NCBI GenBank assembly: GCA_963783575.1
Contig: CAWAOD010000005.1
Coordinates: 288,001 to 352,000 of the forward strand
Length of the DNA stretch: 64,000 nucleotides
Reading direction: 5' to 3'
DNA from: an uncultured Spirochaetota bacterium
GTDB lineage: Bacteria > Spirochaetota > Brevinematia > Brevinematales > JAOACQ01
A model generated the notes under the pieces. The model was given only the letters and a program-made list of their open reading frames with translations, searched no databases and was not told the DNA's origin. Position numbers and translations under genes: made by a program. Positions 1-10,476 of this stretch are shown here, piece by piece. Numbering within the stretch: position 1 is the stretch's first letter; the number at the start of each line of letters is the position of its first letter.

Positions 1-523
1 TTATAACCTCATCAACACCGGCGTTCTTGCCTTCTATTTTAGCCATGATATTATTCAGATAATTAAGCGATTTGACGATAGGGCTGATTGATTCATTCAA
101 ATTCCTTCTTGTGGGAACAGTTACTACTGACATTCCTTTTTCATATACTTCAGGAGAATAAAGCTGAATAGAATCCGCTATAATAAAAATCATCGGGTTG
201 CTGCAGATCCATGGAGCAAGACCGAGATTCCCAATCCCTCTTGTGACAACAGGTCTGATATAACCGTCTATAATCCCATTTGCTTTGCAAACTTTGAGTA
301 ACCCTTTTTTAAATTCATCTTTTGAGGCAGGAATTTCCAGCATTATTATCTTTGCCGAATTATAAAGCCTGTCAATATGTTCATCAAGTTTGAAAACCCT
401 TTTATTATAAGCCCTGATACCTTCAAATACGCCGTCGCCGTATAATACTCCATGATCAAATACGGATATTTTGGCGTTTTCTTGATCCACAAGTTCCCCA
501 TTAATATAAACCTTTTTGCCCAT
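1..523 (-). CDS. ilvE: Branched-chain amino acid aminotransferase (5' part; runs off the window edge)
   Basis: Manual translation from ATG at 523: MGKKVYINGELVDQENAKISVFDHGVLYGDGVFEGIRAY...HIDRLYNSAK...KSLNYLNNIMAKIE, class IV aminotransferase motifs. Not in the ORF track because it has no stop in the window. Confidence 0.93.
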   Translation of the reverse strand, partial: MGKKVYINGELVDQENAKISVFDHGVLYGDGVFEGIRAYNKRVFKLDEHIDRLYNSAKIIMLEIPASKDEFKKGLLKVCKANGIIDGYIRPVVTRGIGNLGLAPWICSNPMIFIIADSIQLYSPEVYEKGMSVVTVPTRRNLNESISPIVKSLNYLNNIMAKIEGKNAGVDEVI

Positions 524-551
524 AATTTTATGCCTCTCAATATAAAATAAA

Positions 552-1214
552 TTAACCCAGATCGATAATTTTATCACATTTTTTTGCAATTTCCAAATTA
601 TGAGTGGCAATTATGAATGTTTTCTGCAGTTTCAGCTTTAAATTCCATATGATTTCTTCAACCTTTGCAGAATTTGACCTGTCGAGACTGCCGGTCGGTT
701 CATCCGCAAAAATCGCAAAAGGTTTCCCGATTAAAGCCCTGGCAATTGCAACCCTCTGTCTCTCTCCTCCCGACAGCTGATCCGGATAATGATTGCTTCT
801 ATCCATCAAATTCATTCTATCAAGTAATTCAATAGCCCTTTCATTTTGAGACTTTCCAATTTTCTCTCCTGCAATCCTGAGGGGGAGCAGAATATTATCA
901 ATAGCAGTAAAATCTTCCAAAAGATAATGATGCTGAAAAATAAAACCGACATTCCTGTTACGGAAAGAAGAGAGATTTTCCTCATTAAGATTGTCTATAC
1001 GGTGATCGTTAAAATAAACTTCTCCGCTTGAAGGCCTGTCAAGCCCGCTTAAGATATTTAACAGTGTGGTTTTTCCCCGGCCGCTTTGTCCGATTATCGC
1101 CGTAGCTGAGCCTTCTTCTATTTCAATATTCAATCCTTCGAAAACCACTACCTCATCTACTGCGGTTTTATAAGTTTTAAATAAATTTTTTCCGGTAATA
1201 AAATAATCAGTCAT
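552..1214 (-). CDS. lolD: Lipoprotein-releasing ABC transporter ATP-binding subunit
   Basis: Walker A GQSGRGKTT, LSGGERQRVAIARAL signature, ADEPTGSLD; overlaps the upstream LolC/E permease gene. Confidence 0.88.
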   Translation of the reverse strand: MTDYFITGKNLFKTYKTAVDEVVVFEGLNIEIEEGSATAIIGQSGRGKTTLLNILSGLDRPSSGEVYFNDHRIDNLNEENLSSFRNRNVGFIFQHHYLLEDFTAIDNILLPLRIAGEKIGKSQNERAIELLDRMNLMDRSNHYPDQLSGGERQRVAIARALIGKPFAIFADEPTGSLDRSNSAKVEEIIWNLKLKLQKTFIIATHNLEIAKKCDKIIDLG

Positions 1215-2496
1215 TTCTCAATACCTCAATGGGCCTCATTTTAGATGCTTTAAATGAAGGCACTATAACGGCCAATGTGCTTAAAGAAATCGACAGTATT
1301 GTAACAAAAAGGATATCACCGTATTGTATCTGGATCGGAAACTTATCGATATAATATACGCTGCTGTTGAAAAAGTGAAAATTTTCAGGCACAGGCAAGC
1401 GTTTTATAAAATGAGCCAAATAATAAGCTGAAAAATTAACAAAATCAGTCAAAATTTCTATCAACCTAAGAATATCATTCAATGTAACTGTAATCAATAG
1501 TCCGGATAAAACTCCGATAATACTTCCGAATACGCCTAGAAAAAAACCGTCATAAAGAAAAACCTTTAGTGTATTGCTGGGTTTTAAACCCATGGCTTTA
1601 AGTATGCCTATTTCTTCCTTTTTATCAAGAACCATAGCGATCATAGTGCTCAAAATATTGAAAGCTACAACAATAAAGAAAAAGCTTAAAATGATCATAA
1701 TCAGCATCTTTTCATCCTGCAGCGCAGCCAGATCGTTTCTGTGAAGCGCTTTCCAGGTAAATATATTTTGCCGGTGCGGATAGACTGTTTCAATATCTTT
1801 AAGATATTTTTCGACCTCAAAAGGTTTATCAACCATTATTCTGAGGCCATATGCATATCCCTGTGAATCAAAAACCATCTGTGCGTCATTGAATGATATA
1901 AAAGCGAGATTGGAATCGTAATCCTTTTGACCTGCTGAAAAGATCCCTTTTACTTTGAATTTATATTGTACACTTAACAATTCCTCATTATAGACCGTAA
2001 CATAAACAAAATCCCCTACATAAACCCCAAGATTAAGCGCCAGATTATATCCCATAACAATCGACATCGGGTCCTGCAGATTGAAAAACCCATCCTGCAT
2101 AGCATACTGGCTTTTAAAGTCATTGTCTTTCTTATATAAATCTTCAGTAACACCCATTATTACAGAACCCCAGACATTCAGGTTGCCTTTTAATAAACCC
2201 TGTTTTTCAAAATAAGGAGTGACGCTTTTAACACCCTTTATACTGGAAATTTCACGCAGATAATTATCATAGTTTTGAATACCCTTACCGGGGCCCAATA
2301 TTAATATATGTGCATCACGGGTCAGAAACTTCTGTACAAAATTATAATGTATTCCGTTTGATGCTGATAGAATTACAACGGCAGACGCGCAGCTAATTAC
2401 TATGGTAAGCAGAGCTATAAACGCAACGGCGGATAGACCCCTGTCACTGGCTTTGAATTTTAAGTATTTTGATGAAAGATATAAAATGATATTCAT
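1207..2496 (-). CDS. LolC/E-family (FtsX-like) lipoprotein-releasing ABC permease
   Basis: N-terminal TM, periplasmic MacB-type region, FNILSTMIAMVLDKKEEIGILKAMG, C-terminal P.EVLR. Confidence 0.88.
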   Translation of the reverse strand: MNIILYLSSKYLKFKASDRGLSAVAFIALLTIVISCASAVVILSASNGIHYNFVQKFLTRDAHILILGPGKGIQNYDNYLREISSIKGVKSVTPYFEKQGLLKGNLNVWGSVIMGVTEDLYKKDNDFKSQYAMQDGFFNLQDPMSIVMGYNLALNLGVYVGDFVYVTVYNEELLSVQYKFKVKGIFSAGQKDYDSNLAFISFNDAQMVFDSQGYAYGLRIMVDKPFEVEKYLKDIETVYPHRQNIFTWKALHRNDLAALQDEKMLIMIILSFFFIVVAFNILSTMIAMVLDKKEEIGILKAMGLKPSNTLKVFLYDGFFLGVFGSIIGVLSGLLITVTLNDILRLIEILTDFVNFSAYYLAHFIKRLPVPENFHFFNSSVYYIDKFPIQIQYGDILFVTILSISLSTLAVIVPSFKASKMRPIEVLRND

Positions 2497-2793
2497 TTAA
2501 GAATTCCCGGCCCTTTTCCGATATTTTTTAATAATAAATTGAATTAATCCAAAATTTTTAGGATTGTTCCGCTATTGAAACTATGCTTTTATAAATATAT
2601 TGGGTCAATTAACAAATTCGTTGAAATTAATAAAATTGTATCTTATAAATGAATGATTATATTTATAATTAAAAAATTATAAATTATAATTTTATTTTAG
2701 TAAATAAAAGAAATACAAAAGAAATACTAAATACTTGACAATTTATATTTTTATAATTTAACTAATGGGATAAAAAATCTCTTTGAGGATTTT

Positions 2794-3837
2794 ATGAGTG
2801 CAGAAATAAAAATGGACTCAAGTTATATCGTAATAAAAGGCCGTTTTAAAGCTATGGCTACGAGTTCATACGGTCTTTTTATCGTTTTTCTTGATAATGT
2901 TTCTAAAACTGTTGAGAAGTTTGATATTGTATCTTCACATTTTAGTACCCTTTTTGAAAATAATATTGGAATGCCCTGGAACGAACTGGAAGATATTATT
3001 ATTAAATTGAAATGGAAAGGCGAATACGCAACAAGTCTAACCCATGATATCCAGGCAGGTATTGAAGATCTATTTCAACCAGGAACCGGAAGAACTCAGG
3101 ATATATGGTCTAACATAAAAAAAGCTCAGATCAATAAAGCCGTCACCATTTTTGAAGAAATCTTAAGCCGCCCGGCAGGTGATAAAAATATAAAATGCGA
3201 AATAGCGATTGAAACAGTCATGAAAAATGAAATTGAGGATGTTAAAAGAGCCCGGAGAGAAAGAGAAGGTAAAGATATGCTGAATCCGGCTTCTGATGAA
3301 CAGGTGGAAGCGCCTTCAGATAAAAAAACAGATGTTCAGCTAGAAGAATCTGCCGTAGTATTGGAAGTGTCACTTGCATTATCGCCGATATCCGGTATAC
3401 CAATATATGAGCTTAAAGAAGGCGATAAAATAATGGTTAAAATAACAGAGCAGACAAACCGGGGACAATATTTTATCGATTTGTTAAACGCTACTGTTGA
3501 CAATGAGATAGTACCTATACAGGCAACTGTTGTTAAAGTATCAAAAGAAGGTAAAATTTTTACCGTTCTTGTCAATATTGGTCCTGGAATTTATGGAAAA
3601 TCAATTGACGAAGATACGGTTAAAGTTAAGAAATATGATCCGGCCCAGGATAAAAGAAAAAAAGCCGATACAGCTCAAGTTGCACATGAACCGGCAGCCA
3701 TTTCAAAAACAGCCGCATCAATTAACATAAATTCGAAAAAGGCAAAGAGCGGAACTTTCAGCCTAGTCTTTATTTTTATCGGAGCGGCCGCTATTTTAAT
3801 GCTTGCTATTATAGTTTTCCTTTTCATAAACCCTTAA
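2794..3837 (+). CDS. Hypothetical protein with C-terminal membrane anchor (possibly DUF4899-like)
   Basis: 347-aa ORF with GAGGA RBS and a hydrophobic C-terminal helix; family resemblance is from memory only. Confidence 0.6.
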   Translation: MSAEIKMDSSYIVIKGRFKAMATSSYGLFIVFLDNVSKTVEKFDIVSSHFSTLFENNIGMPWNELEDIIIKLKWKGEYATSLTHDIQAGIEDLFQPGTGRTQDIWSNIKKAQINKAVTIFEEILSRPAGDKNIKCEIAIETVMKNEIEDVKRARREREGKDMLNPASDEQVEAPSDKKTDVQLEESAVVLEVSLALSPISGIPIYELKEGDKIMVKITEQTNRGQYFIDLLNATVDNEIVPIQATVVKVSKEGKIFTVLVNIGPGIYGKSIDEDTVKVKKYDPAQDKRKKADTAQVAHEPAAISKTAASININSKKAKSGTFSLVFIFIGAAAILMLAIIVFLFINP

Positions 3838-3898
3838 ACAGGTAAAATGAAATTAAAATTATTGGTCTTATAATAAGACAGGTTTATAATATTGAAAA

Positions 3899-5095
3899 TT
3901 ATTCATCTGTTAATAATTTAATCTCAACCCTTCTGTTTTTCATTCTGCCTTCATCAGTCGAATTTTCGGCAACCGGATCGGAACTGCCGTTCCCGATATA
4001 CGAAATTCTTGAAGGATCGATTCCTTTTTTTAATAGATAGTCAGAAACTGATTTTGCGCGATTTTCTGATAATAACTGATTGTATGATTCTGTTCCGGTC
4101 GAATCGGTATAACCAGAAACCAGGATATCCATCTGAGGATATTTCCTCATAACTTCAGCAAGATTATCGAGCTTCTTTTCAAATTCTTTTTTTATCGCAT
4201 CATCGTTAACATCGAATAATATATTTCCAAGACTGACAATAATGCCGTCAACAGTTTCTTTTATACTTATGCCCGGATTCTTTGAAGAAAAAGGATGAAT
4301 CACTTTATTGCTGATTTCATCAATAATCGCCGCTTTCTGGGGATCAGGGATATTACTTACTGAATCCGCTTTGCCTTCAGATGTCCCTGTATAAAATACC
4401 GTTTCACCGTTATGAAGAGTAATCATAAAAGCATAATTTTCATTATAGAAAAGAGGAAAATTATTAGTTATATCCCAATAATAAATAGAATGCGAATAAC
4501 CGGTAAAGCTGAATATATCCGGATCTTTTTTAGGGTAATGGAAAACATGATAATCAATTGATATTTTCGAGCAAATTCTATTATCAATGTTTTCATCACC
4601 AAGATATATGTAATTTACGTTGATATTAAAAAGCAAAATATTTTCTTTTACAAAAATCCCTTCGTGAATTTCCTCACCGGAAGCTTTCCAGGAATCGCCC
4701 GGTTTCAAATCGTTTGTAGGAAATGTTGGAATACTTCGAAGAGACGGCATAATAAATTCGGGAGAAATCTGCATAACTCCCTGTTCATCCTGGTAAAAAC
4801 GGCTCTCATAAACATCTTTCAATTGATATGATTCATTCAAATCTTCATTTTTTTCATAATAATAATACTTTCCATTATACAATCCGAGATTGTTAGACAC
4901 ACTTGTAACTTCAAGCAATGCCTTATACATGGAATTTATATTTTTATAAAAAATCCCATTCCTGTATATGTCCTGCTGAATTAAATTCTTGATCCTTATT
5001 TTCCTGCCTGTCTCATTAATGAATTTGAAAGTAACCGGGTAGCATTCTGAGATAAAAAAAACGAAAATAATAACGGTAATTATTTTTCTTATCAT
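3899..5095 (-). CDS. OmpA-family peptidoglycan-binding exported protein
   Basis: Signal peptide; C-terminal ILFDVND...GYTDSTG...NQLLSENRAKSV...NRRVEI OmpA_C motifs. Confidence 0.88.
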   Translation of the reverse strand: MIRKIITVIIFVFFISECYPVTFKFINETGRKIRIKNLIQQDIYRNGIFYKNINSMYKALLEVTSVSNNLGLYNGKYYYYEKNEDLNESYQLKDVYESRFYQDEQGVMQISPEFIMPSLRSIPTFPTNDLKPGDSWKASGEEIHEGIFVKENILLFNINVNYIYLGDENIDNRICSKISIDYHVFHYPKKDPDIFSFTGYSHSIYYWDITNNFPLFYNENYAFMITLHNGETVFYTGTSEGKADSVSNIPDPQKAAIIDEISNKVIHPFSSKNPGISIKETVDGIIVSLGNILFDVNDDAIKKEFEKKLDNLAEVMRKYPQMDILVSGYTDSTGTESYNQLLSENRAKSVSDYLLKKGIDPSRISYIGNGSSDPVAENSTDEGRMKNRRVEIKLLTDE

Positions 5096-5118
5096 TTTTT
5101 ATTAAGCCCCCTGCGGCA

Positions 5119-5148
5119 TAAAAAAAACGGGGAACAAGTCCCCGTTGT
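5119..5148 (-). terminator. Rho-independent terminator after acpP
   Basis: ACGGGGA-loop-TCCCCGT hairpin followed by a T-tract on the minus strand. Confidence 0.8.
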
Positions 5149-5382
5149 TTACTGATGATTTTTAATATAATTTACAGCATCACCAACTGATTTGATGTTC
5201 TGAGCTTCCTCATCGGGAATATCAATTCCAAACTCCTCTTCCAAAGCCATAACAAGGTCAACAATATCAAGCGAATCCGCGCCAAGATCTTCAATAAACG
5301 AAGCTTCTAATTTAACCGCGCTTTCATCTACACCAAGTTTGTCAACAATAATTTCCTTTACCTTGTCAAAAATGTCAGCCAT
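5149..5382 (-). CDS. acpP: Acyl carrier protein
   Basis: [12 protein letters not shown]...[20 protein letters not shown] phosphopantetheine motif; GAGGAGG RBS supports ATG at 5382 rather than the upstream TTG. Confidence 0.96.
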   Translation of the reverse strand: MADIFDKVKEIIVDKLGVDESAVKLEASFIEDLGADSLDIVDLVMALEEEFGIDIPDEEAQNIKSVGDAVNYIKNHQ

Positions 5383-5452
5383 AATAACCTCCTCTATAAA
5401 ATCACCAAAAAAAGATGTCTTATCGCCTCTATTCGACAAAACATCCTTTATC

Positions 5453-5481
5453 ATTTTATTTTCACAGTCTAATTCTGTCAA
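5453..5481 (-). promoter_or_regulatory. Sigma70-type promoter of acpP
   Basis: TTGACA (5481-5476), 17 bp spacer, TAAAAT (5458-5453). Confidence 0.65.
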
Positions 5482-5836
5482 GAAAACATATCAAAATTAC
5501 AAGAAAGTTTATTATATTTTCAATAACTCATTATCAGTTCATCACTTATAATTATTATATTTTAATTTATGAAATTATTTTATGAATCTGACTTATAAAA
5601 TAAACAGCATTCAGTATCAAACCTACTGTTTTTTATTTTATAAGATGTTTTAGAAAAAGTCAATCAAACAAAAATCAATAGATTTGATAAAAAAATATAA
5701 AATGTGATCTTAATTCTTAACAATCAATGCCATTAATCATTTTTCTTTCAAAATTATTAACTTTTTGTTATAATATCAAACTGGTTTATTTACGGAATAA
5801 CTTTCGTTTTTTTAATTATATGTGGAGGTTTAAGCT

Positions 5837-6370
5837 ATGGCGAAAAATAAAAAAGAAATGGAAACCGGTAAAATTGAGTTTTATCCTAAAATTAAAAGGG
5901 CTGTTTATCCCGGAACATTTGATCCTCCTACCAATGGTCATATTGATGTTGCGAAAAGGGCTGCCGCGATATTTGATGAAGTTATAATTGCGGTATCGGA
6001 CAATCCTTCTAAAGCTCCGATGTTTACAATTGAAGAAAGGAAGGAAATGCTAAAGGAGCTGGTTGTTGAAATAAAAAATATAAAAATAAAAAGTTTTTCC
6101 GGTTTATCGGTTAATTATATTGTTCAGGAAAATGCAATCGCAATTGTAAGAGGGTTAAGAGCTGTATCAGATTTCGAATATGAGCTTCAAATGGCATCTA
6201 TGAACTCTCTTCTTAATAAATCAATAGAAACAGTTTTCTTTATGTCAAGCGATGAAAACCTATTTGTAAGTTCATCTGTGATAAAAGAAATCGTAATGCT
6301 TGGCGGGGATATTTCTCAAAAAGTATCCCCTATTGTAATGAAAAGATTAAAAGCAAAATTTATAAAATGA
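5837..6370 (+). CDS. coaD: Phosphopantetheine adenylyltransferase
   Basis: AVYPGTFDPPTNGHID, VRGLRAVSDFEYELQMA, SSSVIKE. Confidence 0.96.
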   Translation: MAKNKKEMETGKIEFYPKIKRAVYPGTFDPPTNGHIDVAKRAAAIFDEVIIAVSDNPSKAPMFTIEERKEMLKELVVEIKNIKIKSFSGLSVNYIVQENAIAIVRGLRAVSDFEYELQMASMNSLLNKSIETVFFMSSDENLFVSSSVIKEIVMLGGDISQKVSPIVMKRLKAKFIK

Positions 6371-6389
6371 AATAAGGGGGAAAATAAAA

Positions 6390-7388
6390 ATGTATCAATT
6401 CAGAAAAAAAATATTAGACCTGGTAAAAAGTTCTCCAAGGAGGCTTGTATTGCCTGAAGGATCAGATATTCGCGTTTTGAAAGCGGCTGAAATGATAATA
6501 AAAGAAAAATTTACATCCGAACTCACAGTTTTGGGCAATGTCGATAAAATGAAAAATATGGCAAAATCTGAAAATATTTCACTTTCCGGTGTAACACTTC
6601 TTGATCCGTTATCATCACCTAAACTTAAGGATTACTCACACAATCTATATGAATCAAGAAAATCAAAAGGAATGACTGAAAAAGATGCAATGGATATGAT
6701 GAAGGACGATGTTTTTCATGGCGCAATGCTGCTTGCTGCCGGAGAAGTTGATGCGATGGTATCAGGCAGTTTGACACCTACGGCAAAAACCGTAAGGGCA
6801 TCACTTATCATTGTACGCCCTAAAGAAGGTATCAAAACGGTATCCGGAAGCTTTGTTATGGTTGTTCCTGAATGTACTTTCGGAAATGATGGTGCATTTA
6901 TTTATGCAGATTGCGGGGTAGTACCGGAACCGACAAGTGAGCAGCTTGCGGATATTGCGATATCTTCGGCGGATTCCGCAAGAAAGCTTTTAAATATGGA
7001 GCCTAAAGTAGCATTTCTTTCTTTCTCAACACATGGAAGCGCTGATTGCCCATCTGTAGAAAAAGTTAAGGAAGGTATCAGAATCCTAAAAAGCCGTAAT
7101 CCTGATTTCGCTTTTGACGGTGAAATGCAGTTTGATGCTGCTGTTGAGCCCGCGGTTGCAAAATCAAAATTCCCGGAATCTTTGGTCGCAGGAAAAGCGA
7201 ATGTAATGATATTCCCCGATTTGAATGCTGGAAATATAGCATATAAAATCACGCAAAGACTTGCAAAAGCTGAAGCTTACGGTCCTCTGTTACAGGGTGT
7301 TTCAAAGCCGGTAAATGACCTCTCAAGAGGTGCTACTCCGGATGATATTCTTGTAGTTTCTGCCATAACTATTGCGCAGTCTTATTGA
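6390..7388 (+). CDS. pta: Phosphate acetyltransferase
   Basis: LVLPEG.D.RVLKAA, AFLSFSTHGSA, FDGEMQFDAA, FPDLNAGNIAYK, PVNDLSRG. Confidence 0.95.
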   Translation: MYQFRKKILDLVKSSPRRLVLPEGSDIRVLKAAEMIIKEKFTSELTVLGNVDKMKNMAKSENISLSGVTLLDPLSSPKLKDYSHNLYESRKSKGMTEKDAMDMMKDDVFHGAMLLAAGEVDAMVSGSLTPTAKTVRASLIIVRPKEGIKTVSGSFVMVVPECTFGNDGAFIYADCGVVPEPTSEQLADIAISSADSARKLLNMEPKVAFLSFSTHGSADCPSVEKVKEGIRILKSRNPDFAFDGEMQFDAAVEPAVAKSKFPESLVAGKANVMIFPDLNAGNIAYKITQRLAKAEAYGPLLQGVSKPVNDLSRGATPDDILVVSAITIAQSY

Positions 7389-7398
7389 TTATGGAAAT

Positions 7399-8316
7399 AT
7401 GAATATCCGGAAAGAAGATAAAAAGGTAAAAATTGAAAGATTCCTTGAAAAATATAAAAGCAACCGGAATAATTGTCTGATGTGTCCTCATGTTTGCGGA
7501 ATAGACAGGAATATGTCGAGGGGTAGGTGTAAAGAGCCTTATCTTCCAGGGGTTGCGAGTTTTAATCTCCATTATGGTGAAGAACCTCCAATATCGGGAG
7601 AAAACGGAAGCGGGACAATTTTCTTTTCAGGCTGTAATATGAACTGCATTTTTTGCCAGAATTTCCCGATCAGTCAGCTTCATCAAGCTAACAAATACTA
7701 TAATATAGAAAGTTTTGCCGATTTAATGCTCAATCTACAGTCAAGAAAAGCTCATAATATAAATTTTGTCACTCCAAGCCATTACATTTATCAGATTGTC
7801 GAATCATTGAAAATCGCAGTTGAAAAGGGATTAAATATACCAATTGTTTATAATTCCAGCGGTTATGATCTTCCCGGTATTATACGGGATCTTGACGGAA
7901 TAATTGATATATATTTACCGGATGCCAAGTATGTTTCAGAAAACATTTCTTATAAATATTCAGGAGTCAAGAATTATTTTGATATTAACAGGCAATGCCT
8001 GCTGGAAATTTACTCCCAGACCGATGGCGGCCTGGAATTGGACAATAATGGGATCGCCAAAAAGGGGATGATAATCCGGCATCTGGTTCTTCCAGATAAT
8101 ATTGAAAATTCAAAATCCGTGCTAAAATGGATCAGGAATAATCTCTCTTTTAAAGTTCATTTATCCATAATGGCTCAATATTTTCCGGCATATAAAGTTG
8201 GGCCTTCTTACTGCAGTGAAATCTACCGTAAGCTTAATCATGATGAATATGAAGAAATCTTAGATTATGCCGAAGAACTAGGTTTTGAAAATGCCTGGTT
8301 TCAGTATAGCGGCTAG
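7399..8316 (+). CDS. PflX-like radical SAM protein
   Basis: HYGEEPPISGENGSGTIFFSGCNMNCIFCQN (CxxxCxxC), IIRHLVLP; start codon approximate. Confidence 0.85.
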   Translation: MNIRKEDKKVKIERFLEKYKSNRNNCLMCPHVCGIDRNMSRGRCKEPYLPGVASFNLHYGEEPPISGENGSGTIFFSGCNMNCIFCQNFPISQLHQANKYYNIESFADLMLNLQSRKAHNINFVTPSHYIYQIVESLKIAVEKGLNIPIVYNSSGYDLPGIIRDLDGIIDIYLPDAKYVSENISYKYSGVKNYFDINRQCLLEIYSQTDGGLELDNNGIAKKGMIIRHLVLPDNIENSKSVLKWIRNNLSFKVHLSIMAQYFPAYKVGPSYCSEIYRKLNHDEYEEILDYAEELGFENAWFQYSG

Positions 8317-8399
8317 CTATTAGTCACTAGTCGTTAGCATATCAATAAAATACAATTTCTTTAGAATGCTAAAAGCTAGTAACTAGAGACTAAAAGCTA
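8314..8399. repeat. Inverted arrays of degenerate 7-mers between convergent genes
   Basis: TAGCTAT TAGTCAC TAGTCGT TAGCAT ... ATGCTA AAAGCTA GTAACTA GAGACTA AAAGCTA. Confidence 0.65.
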
Positions 8400-8400
8400 T

Positions 8401-9354
8401 TTATGGTCCACCGACATTTGTTTCTGCAGTGTTTAATGAAGTGTTTTCTTTGCTTGCAATATTACCGTTTGATAAAATGCTATTATTAGTGTTTATAATT
8501 TTATGATATGAAATAAAATATTTTTTGGGCGATATTACAAGCGGCTCTCCGCTAAGTCCAAGAAATTTAGTAGGGATTGTTTCCATCCCAAGAAATGTCG
8601 GTTTATAAACCATAAAATGCAAATGAGGTCCGCTGGATCTGCCGGTACTTCCGCTGAAACCGATAATCTGGCCGGCTTTGACATTATCCCCGATATTAAC
8701 CATACTTCCATTTTTTAATAAATGAACATACTGCGCAAAAGTTCCGTCAATGTGATATATGGTTATGTAGTTTGCATAAGCCGCATAGCGCCTGCTAATT
8801 CCACCCTTGTTGGAATTGGTTTTAACATCAACAACCAATCCATCCCTTGCTGCACAAACCGGTGTTCCCGAATTCATGCCAAAATCAATGGAATACTTTG
8901 TCCATCCCCGGTGTGAATACCTTGTGTTATAGCCCTGATTAACCTTGTATTCCTCTCCTTCCTGATATGGAAACAAATACAGACAGCTATCATCATTGGA
9001 CACATTGGCGGGATCACCCATATAACTGTCAAACCCATATCTTAATAGGTTTGTCAAATTTGCTGATAATTTAATTGAAAAAAGAAAACAGCCTTTTTCT
9101 TCCGGTTTTAATATCGTATAAAAAGGCAGGTTCGTACTTGATCGTAGTTCGATATTAACATTTGTATATAATCTAACTCTAACCTTAATCTGGAATGGGC
9201 ACAGAGAAGCATTGTCAGCATAAAAGTCCATCTGATTTTTAATATTATTAATATAATATAATTTAATAAAATCCTGTGAATAACAAATGTAAGTTGTTAC
9301 TAATAATAAAAGGCTTATTGAAGGAACTTTGAATTTATTAATAAAATTTTTCAT
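8401..9354 (-). CDS. M23-family metallopeptidase
   Basis: SH...SIDFGM, AARDG.V, YVHL, GSTGRSSGPHLHF; N-terminal signal-like segment. Confidence 0.9.
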   Translation of the reverse strand: MKNFINKFKVPSISLLLLVTTYICYSQDFIKLYYINNIKNQMDFYADNASLCPFQIKVRVRLYTNVNIELRSSTNLPFYTILKPEEKGCFLFSIKLSANLTNLLRYGFDSYMGDPANVSNDDSCLYLFPYQEGEEYKVNQGYNTRYSHRGWTKYSIDFGMNSGTPVCAARDGLVVDVKTNSNKGGISRRYAAYANYITIYHIDGTFAQYVHLLKNGSMVNIGDNVKAGQIIGFSGSTGRSSGPHLHFMVYKPTFLGMETIPTKFLGLSGEPLVISPKKYFISYHKIINTNNSILSNGNIASKENTSLNTAETNVGGP

Positions 9355-9768
9355 TGATTCATCCCTGATATTTCATTGACATCCTTTATACAATATTAAT
9401 TAAAAAATTATAACATTTGGTTTGTAAATTATAAACATAATTAAATTTTTGCATAAAATGCTAAAATTAATATCGGTGTAACTATTCTATATTATTAATT
9501 GAAAGCCAGCCATTACCTTACCGGTAAACTAACCGACTAAAGTCTGATTTATTCAGCTTATTATTTTAACATAAAAAAGCTATTAGTCAATACAACGGCT
9601 TGATTTTTTTTGATATTCTTAACTAATTGTAATATAATATATTTATAATTAAACAAGTTTAAAGTGCTAATTAACAAGTTGTTTTATGATTAGACAAAAA
9701 TAAACTTGGTTTAATATAAAAATCTCACAAATTAGATTGAAATCTAATAAATTCATAAAGGATATTTA

Positions 9769-10476
9769 ATGAAAAAAAAATCGATAATTTTACTTTCAGG
9801 CGGTTTGGATTCAGTTGTCAATTTTAAAAATGCATATGATAAAACTACTATTTCTCTTGTACTTACATTTGACTATGGGCAGAAGGCCGTAAAAAAAGAA
9901 ATTGAGGCTTCTGCAAGAATAGCAGAAAAGTTTAATATCCCGCATGAAGTAATTTCTCTGGATTTCATAAACAATATTGACTCGGGGCTGACAAAAGGAA
10001 ATATACCGGAATTTGATGGGAATAAATTGAATGATATGGATTATTCATTAAAATCTGCTAAAGCGGTATGGGTTCCTAACAGAAACGGAATAATGATCAA
10101 CATAGCCGGGGCGTATGCGGATCAATATATGATTGATTATATTATCACCGGGTTTAATAAAGAAGAAGGCGCTACTTTTCCTGACAATACGCAGGAATTT
10201 ATCGATAAAATAAATGATTCCCTGATATATTCAACATTGAATCATCCTGAAGTGCTGTCTTATACTATCAAAATGGATAAGACTGAAATTATGGACTTCG
10301 GGAATTCGATAAACGCGCCGTTCGAATATGTGTGGAGCTGCTATTACGGCGGTGATAAAATGTGCGGGATATGTGAATCCTGTCAAAGATTGATAAGAGC
10401 TTTGAAAAACAATCAATTGTTTGAAGTTTTTAATACAAAAAATAAATGGGGTATCAATGAATTATCAATGGATTGA
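9769..10476 (+). CDS. queC: 7-cyano-7-deazaguanine synthase
   Basis: LLSGGLDS PP-loop, TFDYGQ, VPNRN, FPD, SCY...CGICESC zinc motif. Confidence 0.92.
   Translation: MKKKSIILLSGGLDSVVNFKNAYDKTTISLVLTFDYGQKAVKKEIEASARIAEKFNIPHEVISLDFINNIDSGLTKGNIPEFDGNKLNDMDYSLKSAKAVWVPNRNGIMINIAGAYADQYMIDYIITGFNKEEGATFPDNTQEFIDKINDSLIYSTLNHPEVLSYTIKMDKTEIMDFGNSINAPFEYVWSCYYGGDKMCGICESCQRLIRALKNNQLFEVFNTKNKWGINELSMD

Noticed and set aside
346..540. 64-aa ORF from the track
   Set aside because: It is an alternative frame overlapping the real ilvE reading frame.
5383..5481. N-terminal extension of ACP in the ORF track
   Set aside because: The TTG is part of the -35 box; the RBS supports the ATG at 5382.
9355..9768. 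preQ1 riboswitch upstream of queC
   Set aside because: No recognisable preQ1 stem-loop with an A-rich tail; a cmscan would be needed to exclude it fully.
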